Below are positions 54,464 through 64,000 of a stretch of 64,000 nt of DNA, piece after piece (within the stretch, counting starts at the first letter, position 1; each line of letters opens with the position of its first letter). Position numbers and translations under genes: made by a program. This DNA is from an uncultured Actinomycetota bacterium (GTDB taxonomy: Bacteria > Actinomycetota > Actinomycetes > Streptosporangiales > Streptosporangiaceae). The notes beneath the pieces were generated by a model that saw nothing but the letters and a program-made list of their open reading frames with translations, had not been told where the DNA came from and did not search any database. The stretch lies in assembly GCA_963750405.1 (NCBI GenBank), contig CAVVQP010000002.1:134134-198133 (forward strand), given 5' to 3'.

Positions 54464-54710
54464 ACTCCTTACCGTGGAGGGTTTCCGGGTTCCCGCAGGA
54501 GCGTTGTCGCATGAAGGAGGGTTGTCGTCGTATAGTCCGGTCAACTCTCCTAGACGCGGAAACCCTCCTGCACGAACCCGAAAACCCTCCTGCGAGAGCA
54601 GCCTCACCCCGGAAGAGCCGCACCCTTGTCACATTGCTGGCATTCCGGCGCCGCCGTTGTGGCATTGCTGGGCCTGCCGGGCCATTGCAGTCCACAGCCC
54701 TGACCCGATC

Positions 54711-54750
54711 ACGCGTGACGCGTGACGCGTGACGCGTGACGCGTGACGCG
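54711..54750. repeat. Heptanucleotide microsatellite (ACGCGTG)5 plus a partial unit
   Basis: atcACGCGTGACGCGTGACGCGTGACGCGTGACGCGTGACGCGac. Each unit carries the palindrome ACGCGT. Confidence 0.9.
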
Positions 54751-55232
54751 ACAGCCTTACGCTCCAGGCTGAAGGTCCGTGATCACGTTCCTGACGATAG
54801 TAGTAGGAAACTAGCCCCGGCCCGCTCCCGGCGGCCAAGCACCCCATCCTGGCCACGCCCCTCAAACTCATCGCTCATCTGAAGTAGCCACACGTTTCGC
54901 GAGCTGCGAGCCGAGCCCGGCCTATGGTGCTTGCGGGTGCGGCAGCTCAAACCCGCGACGCCCGGCGACCTGGCCTGAGCCGGCGGTTGCTCGCCGTTCC
55001 GGGCGGTGAGTGACCGGAGAGCGTCGGCCAATGTGGGCGCGGTGCCAGCGGTAACAGTGCGATCCTTGACAGCGCCGTTCGGGATGAATCAGGCTTAAGG
55101 CCATACATCTGCTGATCCGGTGACCAATCTTCGCGCGTTCCCCCACCTCGCGCCTTTCGCTAGCCTGCCCCGCCCAGCGGTCACCGGTGTGGAGATCAGC
55201 GGCATCCGTCATGAAGGCCGAGGAGGGCTTGC

Positions 55233-57271
55233 ATGAGCTTGATCCACCGTCCGGTGCGCGCTGGCGTCATCGCCGTTATCGGATTGGCGATGACTGCGAT
55301 GACCAGTGCGCTCGCGACCTCAGCGATGGCGTCGGGGCATCCTGCCACGCCGGCGTTCGTCGCGCTCAGCGGGAGCGCGGCGCCTGTGCACGACGCGGCC
55401 ACCGGCGCGTACGCCAGCGGCAAGATGTCGGTTGAAGTGGCGCTCGCGCCGAGGGACGCTCGCGGCCTGAGTTCCCTGCTCGGGGCGCAGTACTCCAACG
55501 GCAGCGGCCGGTTCCACGCCTGGCTGGCCAAGGGCCAGTTCGACGCTCGCTTCGCGCCATCGGCCAGGGCCCGTACGGCGGTCGCCCGGTACCTCAGGAG
55601 CAGCGGGCTCACCGTGCGGAACTCGGCATCGCCTTTCCTGGTGCGCGCGACCGGGAGCAGCGCCGCGGTCGCCGGGGCCTTCCGGACTACGCTGATGAAC
55701 TACAAGACCAGCCGGGGCAAGCGGTTCTTCGCCAATGCCACGGCGGTGCGGCTGCCGAGTTCGCTGGCGGGCAGCGTGCTTGGCGTCATCGGCCTGACTA
55801 ACCTGGTCCGCGAGCACGACTTCGTGAAGCTGCGGGAGCACCCGGCAGCGGCGCAACGCCCGACAGCAGCGCCGCAGGCTTGCGAAGAGGACCCCTATCC
55901 GACCGACGCCCAGATCGCCGGGCTCTACCTCGACGGCACCGGGTTCCCCGACGGCTACGGAGCCGGGCCGGGCTGCAGCGGCCTGTCGCCGTCGCAGACC
56001 CGCTCGATTTACGAGGCCTCCAACGCCGGGCCAGCGGCGAACGGCGCAGGCGTCACCCTCGCCGTGTTCGAGCTCTCGGCCTACCTCAAGTCCGACATCA
56101 GGACCTGGGGCAAGACGATCTTCGGCGCAGGATTCCACGTCAAGCTGCACAACGTGAACGTCGACGGCGGAACGCTGACCCCGGCGTGCCCGTCGGGCGA
56201 TACCTGCCCGGCCGAGCTTCAGGGTTACGCGGGTGACGTCGAGGTCGATGCCGACCTCGAGCAGCAGCTCACCGCCGCCCCGGACGCGCCGAGGATCATC
56301 GTCTACAACGCGCCGAACGACCTGACCGGCGAGACCACCGTCGATGAGTACACGCGGATCGCCCGCGACGACGCGGCGTCGGCGATCAGCTCAAGCTGGG
56401 GCGAGTGCGAGAACGACATCGGCACCGCCGTCGCCCAGGCCGAGAACGTGGTCTTCGAGCAGATGGCCGCCCAGGGCCAGAGCATGTTCGCGGCCTCGGG
56501 CGACCAGGGCGCCTTCGACTGCCTGCTGACCGACGGCACCAGCGTCGTCAACGTCGATGACCCGGAGGCGCAGCCCTGGGTCACCAGCGTGGGCGGCACC
56601 TCGCTGGAGACCGACAACCCGGGCCAGAACCCCGCGCCCGGTTATCCAGCCGCCGGCACCGAGACGGTCTGGAACGTCGACAACCTCTGCAACGCCGATG
56701 CTGACGAGAACGGCGCCAACGGCTTCTTCTGGTGCAGCGGCCCCGGCGCCTCAGGCGGCGGCTCGAGCGAGTTCTGGCCTCGCCCGCTCTACCAGCACGC
56801 TCCAGGGGTGAACAATCAGTTCACCACCACCGGCTGCGCGTTCGCGGCGTCGGCGCGGACGCCGTGCCGCGAGGTGCCCGACATCACGGCGAACGCCGAC
56901 GAGTGGACGCCGTACACCGAGTTCTGCACCGGCAACGACAACACGCCCAACAGCATCTGCGGTGAGTTCAGCCAGTTCCAGCCGGTGCCGGGCTGGTTCG
57001 GTGACGGCGGCACGAGCCTGTCGTCGCCGCTGTGGTCAGGTATCGCCGCCGACCTGGACAGCTTTCACGGTTTCCGGGCGGGCAACCTCAACCCGCTGCT
57101 CTACACGCTGTTCGACCTCAACCCGGGCCTGTACTTCCACGACATCAACGGCATCGGCCCGCTCAGCAGCTCGCGCCCGACAACGGGCTGTTCCCGAGCG
57201 GGCCGGGCTTCGATGAGGCGAACGGGCTCGGGTCGCCGAGGATGGCGGCGCTGATCACCAGGTCCGCCTAG
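55233..57271 (+). CDS. Secreted S53 (sedolisin/kumamolisin-like) peptidase with pro-kumamolisin activation domain; one frame break
   Basis: It has a signal peptide, a prodomain (MSVEVALAPRD...FLVRATGSSAAV), SSSWGECE, ASGDQGAFDC and the catalytic-Ser box GDGGTSLSSPLWSGI. After ~57160 the adjacent frame (ORF 57032-57271) gives ...GLFPSGPGFDEANGLGSPRMAALI. Confidence 0.8.
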
Positions 57272-57340
57272 TCCGCATGGTGAGACGCGGCGCGGGAGTT
57301 CCGGCTCCCGCGCCGCGCTCCGCGCGGGCAAATTTTCACA

Positions 57341-59017
57341 CTATGCCAGCACTCGGGCAAGCACGAGGGTGATGTCGTCCTCGCCCCGCGCGTGCAGGGC
57401 GGAGGTGATCTCCTCGCAGCTGCCGTCGAGCGTGTGGCCCGGGCGGGTCAGGACGGAGCTGAGCGCGGCGGTCAGTTCGGCGAGGCCGTCGTCGAGCGAG
57501 CGGTTGCGGCTCTCCACCAGCCCGTCGGTATACAGCGCGAGGGTCGCGCCGGCGGGGAAGGGGACGCGCGCCGATTCGAACGAGCCGCCGCCGAGCCCGA
57601 TCGGCAGGCCGAGCGGGAGCTCGAGCACGCGGGTCTCACCGTCGGGCATGGTCATCATCGGCGGCAGGTGACCGGCCTTGGCGATCACGCAGCTGCCCGC
57701 GGCCGGGTCGATGATCGCGGCGATGCAGGTCGCGAACGGCGTCGTCTGCATGCCGGTCGCCAGCCGGTCGAGCCTGGCCAGGATCGCCTCGGGCGGCAGC
57801 CCGAGATCGGCCAGGGTATGCGCCGCCGTGCGCAGCTGGACCATGACGGCGGCGGCCTCTGGCCCGTGTCCCATGGCGTCGCCGACGATCAGGGCGGCGC
57901 GGCCAGAAGTTAATGGGACGATGTCGTGCCAGTCGCCGCCGACGATGCTCGCGCCCACGGCCAGGTAACGGTGCGCCACGGCGATGCCGGCCGGGACGCG
58001 CGGCTCTGCGGGCAGCAGGCCCTGCTGCAGTGCCGACGATGCCCGGCGTTCCCTGGCGTAAAGCCTCGCGTTGTCGATCGAGACAGCGGCACGCGAGACG
58101 AGTTCTTCGGCAAGCGCGATGTCGGCCGTGGTGAATTCACGCCAGGCGGCCGATCGCGCGAAGGTGACGCAGCCCAGCACGGTGCCCCTGGCCACGAGCG
58201 GCACGGCGAGGAAGCACGTGTAGGCGGCGAAGGCCTCCTGCCCGCCGGGTCGCCTGCCGATCCGCTCGGCCGACTCGTCGTCCAGCTTGTCGAACCTGAC
58301 GGCGCGGCGAGCCGTCATCGCCTGGTAGCTCGGCGACTCCTTGGCGAACACGATCGCCTCGCCGGGGCGGAGCAGCTTGTCGGTGATCGCTGTGGGCTGC
58401 CCTGACAGCCTGGCTATCAGGCGGCGCACGACGATGGAAGGGCCGGCGATGTAAGACCCGAGTTCGTCGGCGACGAGCAGCCGTTCCGAGACGAAGAAGG
58501 CCGCCGCGTCGGCGAAGGCGGGGACGGCCACCTCGGCTGCCTCGCAGGCAGTCCGGTTGAGGTCGAGCGTCGTGCCGATGAGGGTAGCCGCGGCGGTCAG
58601 CACGTGCTGCTGCGGTGCCCGCCGCCCAGCCTCGGCTAGTTCCGGGTCGTCAGATTGGGGGCTGACCCGGCGCGCGATCACCAGCACGCCTTCGTCCGCG
58701 TGCGGCTCGCAGTGGATGGTCACGTGGCACGGCCCGCTGGCAGTCTCCATCGGCAAGACCGCCGTCCAGACCCTGCCTTCGGCGACCTCGGCCAGCGCCT
58801 GCTTGATGAGCTGCTGCTGGCCCGGGCCGGAGATCAGCCCGTCACAGATGTCGCGCCCGCACACCTCATCGGCCGAGTACCCGAAAAGCCGATCCGCCGT
58901 CACCGACCACGAGGTGACCTGGCCTATCGAGTTCAGCGTCAGGACGGCCACGCCGGTCAGGCCGGTGTCCTGCCGTCGCCGCTGCAGCGATCCGCCGTCG
59001 TCGGCCAGTTGTGTCAT
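57341..59017 (-). CDS. PAS-GAF-PP2C (SpoIIE-type) serine phosphatase
   Basis: It has a PAS-like N-terminus (VTSWSVTADRLFGYSADEVCGRDI), a central GAF-like region and PP2C motifs (GGDWHDIVPL, GDAMGHGPEAAAVM, LYTDGLVE). Confidence 0.8.
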   Translation of the reverse strand: MTQLADDGGSLQRRRQDTGLTGVAVLTLNSIGQVTSWSVTADRLFGYSADEVCGRDICDGLISGPGQQQLIKQALAEVAEGRVWTAVLPMETASGPCHVTIHCEPHADEGVLVIARRVSPQSDDPELAEAGRRAPQQHVLTAAATLIGTTLDLNRTACEAAEVAVPAFADAAAFFVSERLLVADELGSYIAGPSIVVRRLIARLSGQPTAITDKLLRPGEAIVFAKESPSYQAMTARRAVRFDKLDDESAERIGRRPGGQEAFAAYTCFLAVPLVARGTVLGCVTFARSAAWREFTTADIALAEELVSRAAVSIDNARLYARERRASSALQQGLLPAEPRVPAGIAVAHRYLAVGASIVGGDWHDIVPLTSGRAALIVGDAMGHGPEAAAVMVQLRTAAHTLADLGLPPEAILARLDRLATGMQTTPFATCIAAIIDPAAGSCVIAKAGHLPPMMTMPDGETRVLELPLGLPIGLGGGSFESARVPFPAGATLALYTDGLVESRNRSLDDGLAELTAALSSVLTRPGHTLDGSCEEITSALHARGEDDITLVLARVLA

Positions 59018-59271
59018 CACTATCGCATCAGCACCATTTCCCGACGACCTGTCGACAGCTAAGCCGCCCAATCCCGGTGCGCTCCTTTGCTCCCGGCTGA
59101 CCCGGGCACGGGGGGCCTTCGCCAGTGCCTGAGATATCGTGCAATCAGCAAAATGTATCGCATCGCGGGCGTCTTGACCTCATGGTAACGGGGCGTATTT
59201 GGAGCTATGTTGCCTGCGTAGGACAGCCGTGACGACACGAGACAGTGACCTGGATCAGGACAGGAGGCGTG

Positions 59272-60090
59272 ATGGCCGACGAGGCCATGCCGGACTGGGC
59301 GCCGCCGGGAGTTGACACCAAACGGGCTAATACCGCCCGGGTCTACGACTACTGGCTTGGCGGCACGCACAACTTCCTGGCCGATCAGGACGTCGGCCGG
59401 GCGATCGCCGCGGTCGAGCCGAATATGCGCGCGATCGCGCAGGCGAACCGGGCGTTCCTTCGCCGGGCCGTGCGGTTCCTGGGTGAGTCGGGCATCGGGC
59501 AGTTTCTCGATGTCGGCTCGGGGATCCCGACCGAGGGGAACGTGCACGAGATCGCGCAGCGAGCCGATCCCGGCGCCCGGGTCGCCTATGTGGACGTCGA
59601 TCCGGTGGCCATCGCGCATAGCAAGGTCATACTCGAAGGCAACGACAATGCCGCCGTCATCGACGCTGACCTGCGCGAGCCTGAGAAGATCCTCGCTCAC
59701 GACACGGTCTGCAGGCTGATTGACTTCAGCCAGCCCGCCGCGCTGATCTTGATGGTCGTGATGCACTTTGTTGCCGACGCCGAGCAGCCGGCGCAGATCA
59801 TGGACAGGCTCCGCGAGGCGCTCGCGCCCGGCAGCTACGTGGTGCTCGGCCATGCCACGCACGACGGCAAGCCCGTGGTTGCGCACGCGAGCGAGAGAGT
59901 CTATAACCGCAGCGTCGCCACGCAACTGCACCTGCGCTCGCACGCCGAGATCCTCCGCTTCTTCGACGGCTTCGAGTTGCTCGATCCCGGGCTGGTCTAC
60001 GCGCCGCTATGGCGGCCGGACTCGCCCGGCGACGTGCCGAGGGACCCGAGGGAGTTCGGCACGCTGGTGGGCGTGGCCAGGAAGGCCTGA
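59272..60090 (+). CDS. SAM-dependent methyltransferase, DUF574 family
   Basis: ARVYDYWLGGTHNFLADQ...ANRAFLRRAVRFL...QFLDVGSGIPT...YVDVDPVA is the hallmark of this actinobacterial family. Confidence 0.8.
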   Translation: MADEAMPDWAPPGVDTKRANTARVYDYWLGGTHNFLADQDVGRAIAAVEPNMRAIAQANRAFLRRAVRFLGESGIGQFLDVGSGIPTEGNVHEIAQRADPGARVAYVDVDPVAIAHSKVILEGNDNAAVIDADLREPEKILAHDTVCRLIDFSQPAALILMVVMHFVADAEQPAQIMDRLREALAPGSYVVLGHATHDGKPVVAHASERVYNRSVATQLHLRSHAEILRFFDGFELLDPGLVYAPLWRPDSPGDVPRDPREFGTLVGVARKA

Positions 60091-60204
60091 CCGACCGGCG
60101 CGGCCCGCGCCGGCGCGGGCCGGCGCACCGGGCCAAGGATCGGTTGAGCCAAATAACCTTTGACAGACTCAAGCAATCTGTCATATGGTTGAGTTACTCA
60201 AGAG

Positions 60205-60786
60205 TTGAGATCGTCAAAGACGTCCGGGGAGGTGACAGTGGGCAGGTGTCCGGGCGGTAACAAGCTCGACCAGGAGATTTTTGACGCCATGACCGAGTTT
60301 GTCACCAAGTTGATGCAGTGCGGCGAGCGGCTCGCTGAGCGGTTTGACGTGCCTGTGTCGTGCATGAAGGCCATGCGCCGGGTGGACACCTCGGTGTCGA
60401 TGAAGGCGCTAGGGCAGTTGCTGCACTGTGACCCGTCGTTCGTCACGATGATCGCCGATGCGCTCGAGCGGCGCGGCCTGGCCAAGCGCGAGCCAGGCAC
60501 CGTGGACCGGCGCGTCAAGAACCTGGTGCTGACGCCGCGCGGCGTGGAGATCAAGGCGACGCTTGAGCAAGAGTCGCGTGACCTGATGCCGTGGGCGCAA
60601 GCGCTGACCGTGGACGAGCGCGAGCAGCTTCTCGGGCTCGTTCGCAAGATGAATGAGGCACTGGCCGCATCGCCCGTGCCAGCCACGACGACCACGACGC
60701 CCATGACAGCCGCGTTGGCGGTCAACGGAGCTACTGCCGAGGAGGGGGTGACGGGCAGCACCAGTACCGCCATGCCGGCCGTCTAG
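60205..60786 (+). CDS. MarR-family transcriptional regulator
   Basis: It has a winged helix with LGQLLHCDPSFVTMIADALERRGLAKREPGTVDRRVKNLVLTPRG. It is upstream of, and co-oriented with, the MFS gene. The start codon is uncertain. Confidence 0.8.
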   Translation: MRSSKTSGEVTVGRCPGGNKLDQEIFDAMTEFVTKLMQCGERLAERFDVPVSCMKAMRRVDTSVSMKALGQLLHCDPSFVTMIADALERRGLAKREPGTVDRRVKNLVLTPRGVEIKATLEQESRDLMPWAQALTVDEREQLLGLVRKMNEALAASPVPATTTTTPMTAALAVNGATAEEGVTGSTSTAMPAV

Positions 60787-61009
60787 TGAAGGCCGGCGTG
60801 TAGCAGGGGTCTCAGCGGGGGAACGCCTGAGGGTTCCGCACTGCACCGCCGCACGCTAATCGGGGGAATCGCACGAGTCAGCTGTGCTTATCAATACAAC
60901 TCTGCTTCGAGGGCGTATTTCGTGACGCCGTGACCGGCTGCAGGTCGCGGTGCGGGATCTGCGCGCCCTGAGGGATCTGCACGCCCTAAGACAGGTGAGG
61001 AGAACCGCT

Positions 61010-62612
61010 GTGTCAACGACGCACACGGCACCGGCCAAGGCCGAAGGTGGCGCCCAACGTCATCTGGGCCTGGCCCTCGTGGTGATCGCCACGGCTCAGC
61101 TCATGGTCGTGCTCGACGCGGCCATCGTGAACGTCGCGCTGCCGCACATCCAGCGCGCGCTCGGCTTTACCGGCACCGGCCTGGAATGGGTCGTCACCGC
61201 TTATGCCGTGACCTTCGGCGGGCTGCTGCTGCTCGGCGGCCGCTCCGGAGACCTGCTCGGCCGGCGGCGGATTTTTATCGCCGGGACTGATCTGTGTTCT
61301 CGGCCGCGTCGCTCTTCGGCGGCTTCGCGCAGTCCGAAGCGTGGCTGCTGGCTGCTCGAGCCATCCAGGGCGTCGGCGGCGCGATGATCGCGCCGACCGC
61401 GCTGGCGCTGATCACCACCACGTTCCCGCAGGGACCGCAGCGCAACAGGGCGTTCGGCGTCTACGCCGCGATGAGCGGCGGCGGCGCGGCGGTCGGCCTG
61501 GTCGCCGGCGGACTGCTGACGACGTACCTGTCCTGGCGCTGGGTGCTCTTCGTCAACGTGCCGATCGGCATCGTGACCGCGCTGCTCGCCCGCTACGTCA
61601 TCGGCGAGTCCGACCGTCAGACGCGGCCGGTTCGACCTGCCAGGTGCGATCACGGCGACCGTGGGCGTCGGTGCGCTCGTGTACGGCCTGTCCAACGCCA
61701 GCACCGACCAGTCGGGCGTCTCGCACTGGGGCGACCCGAAGGTCATCATCTCGCTGGTCGCCTCGGTCGTCCTGCTGGCGGTTTCGCCTTCATCGAGTCG
61801 CGAGGCAAGCACGCGCTGCTGCCGATGCGCATGCTGCAGAACCGCAGCCGGACCGGGGCTTACCTCGTGATGCTGTGCCTGGCCACGGCGATGTTCGGGA
61901 TCTTCTTCTTCCTGACGATCTTCGTGCAGGAAGTGCTCGGCTACAGCGCCCTGCGGTCCGGCCTGGCGTTCCTGCCGTTCGCCGCGATGATCGTGGTGAT
62001 CTCCGGCGTCGTGTCCAGGCTGGTCGCCCGTACCGGGCCGCGTCCGCTGATGATCGCCGGGTCGGCGATCACGGCAGGCGGCATGTACTGGTTCTCGCAC
62101 ATCAGCGTGAACAGCCCGTACGTCAGCGGCCTGCTCTTCCCGATGCTGGTCACCTCGTCGGGCCTCGGCATGCTCTTCGTGCCGCTGTCGCTGGTCGCCC
62201 TGACCAAGGTCAGGCCGGACGACGCCGGCGTGGCTTCGAGCCTGCTCAACACCGGCCAGCAGGTCGGGGGCGCGATCGGGCTCGCCGCGCTCGGCACGGT
62301 GACCTGGACCGTGGTGTCCAGCAGCATCAAGACCCAGATGGCTGCCGCTGCTGCCGCCGCCGCGAGGGCGGGCACGCCGCTGCCTAAGCCAGGGGCGCCG
62401 GTGCCGGCCTCGGTCCTGCACGTGGCGCTGGCGGCCGGCATCTCGCGCGGCTTCGTCGTCGCGGCCGGGATCTCGGTGCTCGCGCTGATCATCACGATCC
62501 TGACGATCACCTTGCGCCGCGAGGACATCGCCGCCACCCCGGCAGTTCCGGGTGCGGCCCCGCCGACGAGGACCAGCCGCAGCACCCCGAACTCCAGGAC
62601 GCGCTCAGGTAG
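61010..62612 (+). CDS. MFS transporter, DHA2 (EmrB/QacA, 14-TM) type; three to four frame breaks
   Basis: LMVVLDAAIVNVALPHI and GGRSGDLLGRRRIF are motif-A-like. It is assembled from ORFs 60950-61387, 61294-62988 and 61661-61870, with breaks near 61285, 61625 and 61785. A GTG start at 61010 is preceded by GAGGAG. The end at 62612 assumes a further break near 62560 and is uncertain. Confidence 0.7.
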
Positions 62613-62622
62613 ACGGGCGCAG

Positions 62623-64000
62623 CTACACAGCGGTGGCGCTGGCTTCGGCCGGCGCCACCGCGCTGTCCTGGCCGCCCTCGTTGAGCACCGCACCATCTAC
62701 GTAGACGACCGTGTTGGTCGCGATCGACGGCACGCGCGGCCCCGGCAGCAGGACGCCGGTCAGGTTGAGCGGGTCGGCGGCGGAGATCCGCACGGTCTCA
62801 CCGCCGCGCGGCTGCTTGCGCACCGCCTTGAGCACGTCGATCGCCTCCGGATGCGCGTACTGCTCCCCGCTGAACCCTGTCACGAACCGGCCGCCCCTGA
62901 CTGGTCCCCCGAGCCTCCATCCGCCGGAACGCCCACAGCAGGTCACGCCAGCCCACAGCGAGGTTCTCCCGCACGGCCAGATCCCTGAACACCACGCCCC
63001 ACCGGGCCACCAGCTGCTCGGCGACGGCCTCGGCCAGCTCATCGCGGTCGGCGGTACCCAGCGGGCCTGGCAGCAGCGACCACCGGCCCGCCGACCAGGT
63101 CGCGGCGCCCGCGCCAGACCCGCGGGCACCGCGCCGCAGCCCGCGCGGCAGCACGGCCCGCTCGTCACCCCGCCGCAGCAGCGACCTGACGGCACGGAAC
63201 CCGTCAGCGGTGATCAGCCCGCGCGCCACGCCGTCCCACAGCGCGGCGTCGATCTCGGCGGGCGCCAGCCCGGTCGCCGCGATCAGGTCGTGCCGGAACA
63301 TCGCCCCCTGCTGTCGCAGCACGTCCAGCACCTCAAGCCCGTGGTTTGAGCCGACCAGCCTCGGGAAGCGCGGGCGCCAGGTCGCCTCGTGCCGCCCGCA
63401 GCAGCCACGGCAGGTCGGCGCGGATCGCGAGCGTGATCGGCGTCGCCCGCGACGGCGCCCGGGAGGCGGCATCGCCGCCCTGCGTGTCCCGCACCGACAG
63501 GCGCCCCCAGCACACCTGGCCGGACAGGCACAGCTCGTCGAGCCAGTCCCGCCGGTACCCTCCACCCGCGCGGCGAGCACCGACCGCTCCCACGCGCGCC
63601 GCCGCCAGCTCGAACCCCTGCAGCTGCTCGATCACCGACAGGACGCCGAACCTGCCCTCGCGCCTGGTGCCAGCGGACGACATGCTGCCAGCGCAGCAGG
63701 AACCGCATGAAGTCGCGCGCGTTCACCGGCTCGACCTCGCGCCGCCGCCGTTCCCGTGAGTACGCGTGAATGCGCGCCAGCAGCCGCCGCGCGCAGAATT
63801 CCTCGTCGGCGTCGGGCGCGGTGAACCGGCCGCGGATCGCGAAGCCCTGCTGCTCGAGCAAGGCAACACCCCGCATGATGAACGACTCGCGCAAGCCGGT
63901 CGCCACAGCAAGCTCGGTCGCCGTCGAAGGCCCTCGGGTATCCAGGTGGCCCCGCAGCAACGCGGCCGCCGCCGCGTCCTCATCTTCGGGGCCGCTCACC
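62623..64000 (-). CDS. lhr: Lhr-type large helicase, C-terminal (winged-helix/DUF1998-like) part; 5' partial, three frame breaks
   Basis: The segments are FCARRLLARIHAYSRERRRREVEPV, GVLSVIEQLQGFELAA, WDGVARGLITADGFRAVRSLL, VVFRDLAVRE and GGRFVTGFSGEQYAHPEAI. They lie in four ORF-track frames, with breaks near 63680, 63385 and 62905. The stop is at 62623. Confidence 0.65.

Larger units (their letters stand above)
52636..54505 (+). mobile_element. Group II intron (bacterial type, RT + maturase, no En domain); boundaries approximate
   Basis: A structured, non-coding-looking 5' region lies ~440 nt upstream of the RT ORF and opens with ATGCGCC (52636). The RT/maturase ORF is 53074-54408. Domain V lies at 54428-54463 and is followed by a DVI-like helix. 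Confidence 0.7.

Noticed and set aside
54470-54640. Inverted repeat GGAGGGTT ... AACCCTCC and the repeated AAACCCTCCTGC motifs after the intron, considered as a separate element such as a terminator or MITE.
   Set aside because: They may be part of intron domain VI or the 3' exon target-site structure. Without firm intron boundaries I cannot separate them from the intron.
1-64000. Numerous long ORF-track entries that are Arg/Pro/Gly/Ala-rich and antisense or out of frame to recognised genes. Examples are 922-2004, 5703-6212, 21777-22688, 24851-25849, 25428-26882, 46008-47180, 46256-47974, 52711-54249 and 61201-62421.
   Set aside because: These are typical shadow ORFs of ~70 % G+C DNA. They have compositional bias and no motifs, and each is fully overlapped by a gene with clear family signatures.
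1-64000. Programmed ribosomal frameshifting as a general explanation for the frame breaks.
   Set aside because: The breaks occur in unrelated gene families (sheath, SbcC, MFS, Lhr, peptidase) that are not known to use recoding, and they are scattered within conserved domains. Only the site at 2880-2884 sits at a position where recoding has precedent.
1-64000. tRNA, rRNA or tmRNA genes.
   Set aside because: I saw no T-loop-type GGTTCGA(A/G)TCC context with a matching acceptor stem, and no rRNA-like conserved blocks. A tRNAscan/Infernal run is needed to be certain.

Overview
This is a high-G+C (roughly 70 %) actinomycete-type chromosomal segment that reads as an accessory, mosaic region.

- **1-7939, minus strand:** a tightly packed contractile-injection-system (eCIS, Afp/PVC-like) structural operon. 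It encodes an AAA+ ATPase, DUF4255 cap, sheath, tube, accessory proteins, a Pro-rich ruler candidate, a LysM tube-initiator and a gpD/VgrG spike. It runs off the window start.
- **8.0-21.1 kb:** a mosaic island.
  - It holds two decayed tyrosine-recombinase fragments and a 17-repeat CRISPR array with a lone cas2; no cas1 or effector genes occur anywhere in the window.
  - It also holds a SAM methyltransferase plus a truncated paralog, an orphan 522-aa protein, and an IS701-type transposase remnant interrupted by a 5'-truncated group II intron.
  - It ends with a visibly lower-G+C operon: small ORF, Tmk-like kinase, B12-type radical SAM, HTH_42 winged-helix protein, MazG-like pyrophosphatase. 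I regard this operon as the best candidate for an undescribed nucleotide/DNA-modifying or defence module.
- **21-29 kb:** MMPL transporter, a second MazG-like gene, sbcD-sbcC followed by a translationally coupled NurA-like ORF, and an aquaporin.
- **29-49 kb:** ATPase remnants, a ~980-aa secreted SGNH hydrolase with ~14 Cys-pair repeats, a HicA/HicB-like TA pair, methyltransferases, an S53 peptidase, an SDR, a conserved ATP-grasp/esterase/esterase/GCS2 cluster, and an ABC-2 exporter.
- **49-55 kb:** a DUF222-HNH gene, a 2 x 681-bp near-identical tandem duplication carrying group II intron 5'-like ends, and a full-length group II intron whose RT has FAGD in place of YADD.
- **55-64 kb:** a second S53 peptidase, a PAS-GAF-PP2C phosphatase, a DUF574 methyltransferase, a MarR + DHA2 MFS pair, and the 3' part of an Lhr-type helicase.

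No rRNA or tRNA genes were recognised. Roughly two dozen 1-nt frame corrections are needed across about 15 genes to restore family-typical proteins. This looks more like indel-type assembly error than decay, so all pseudogene calls are provisional. All family assignments come from motif recognition by eye, not from searches. Coordinates I derived myself, rather than from the ORF track, are good to a few nt at best.
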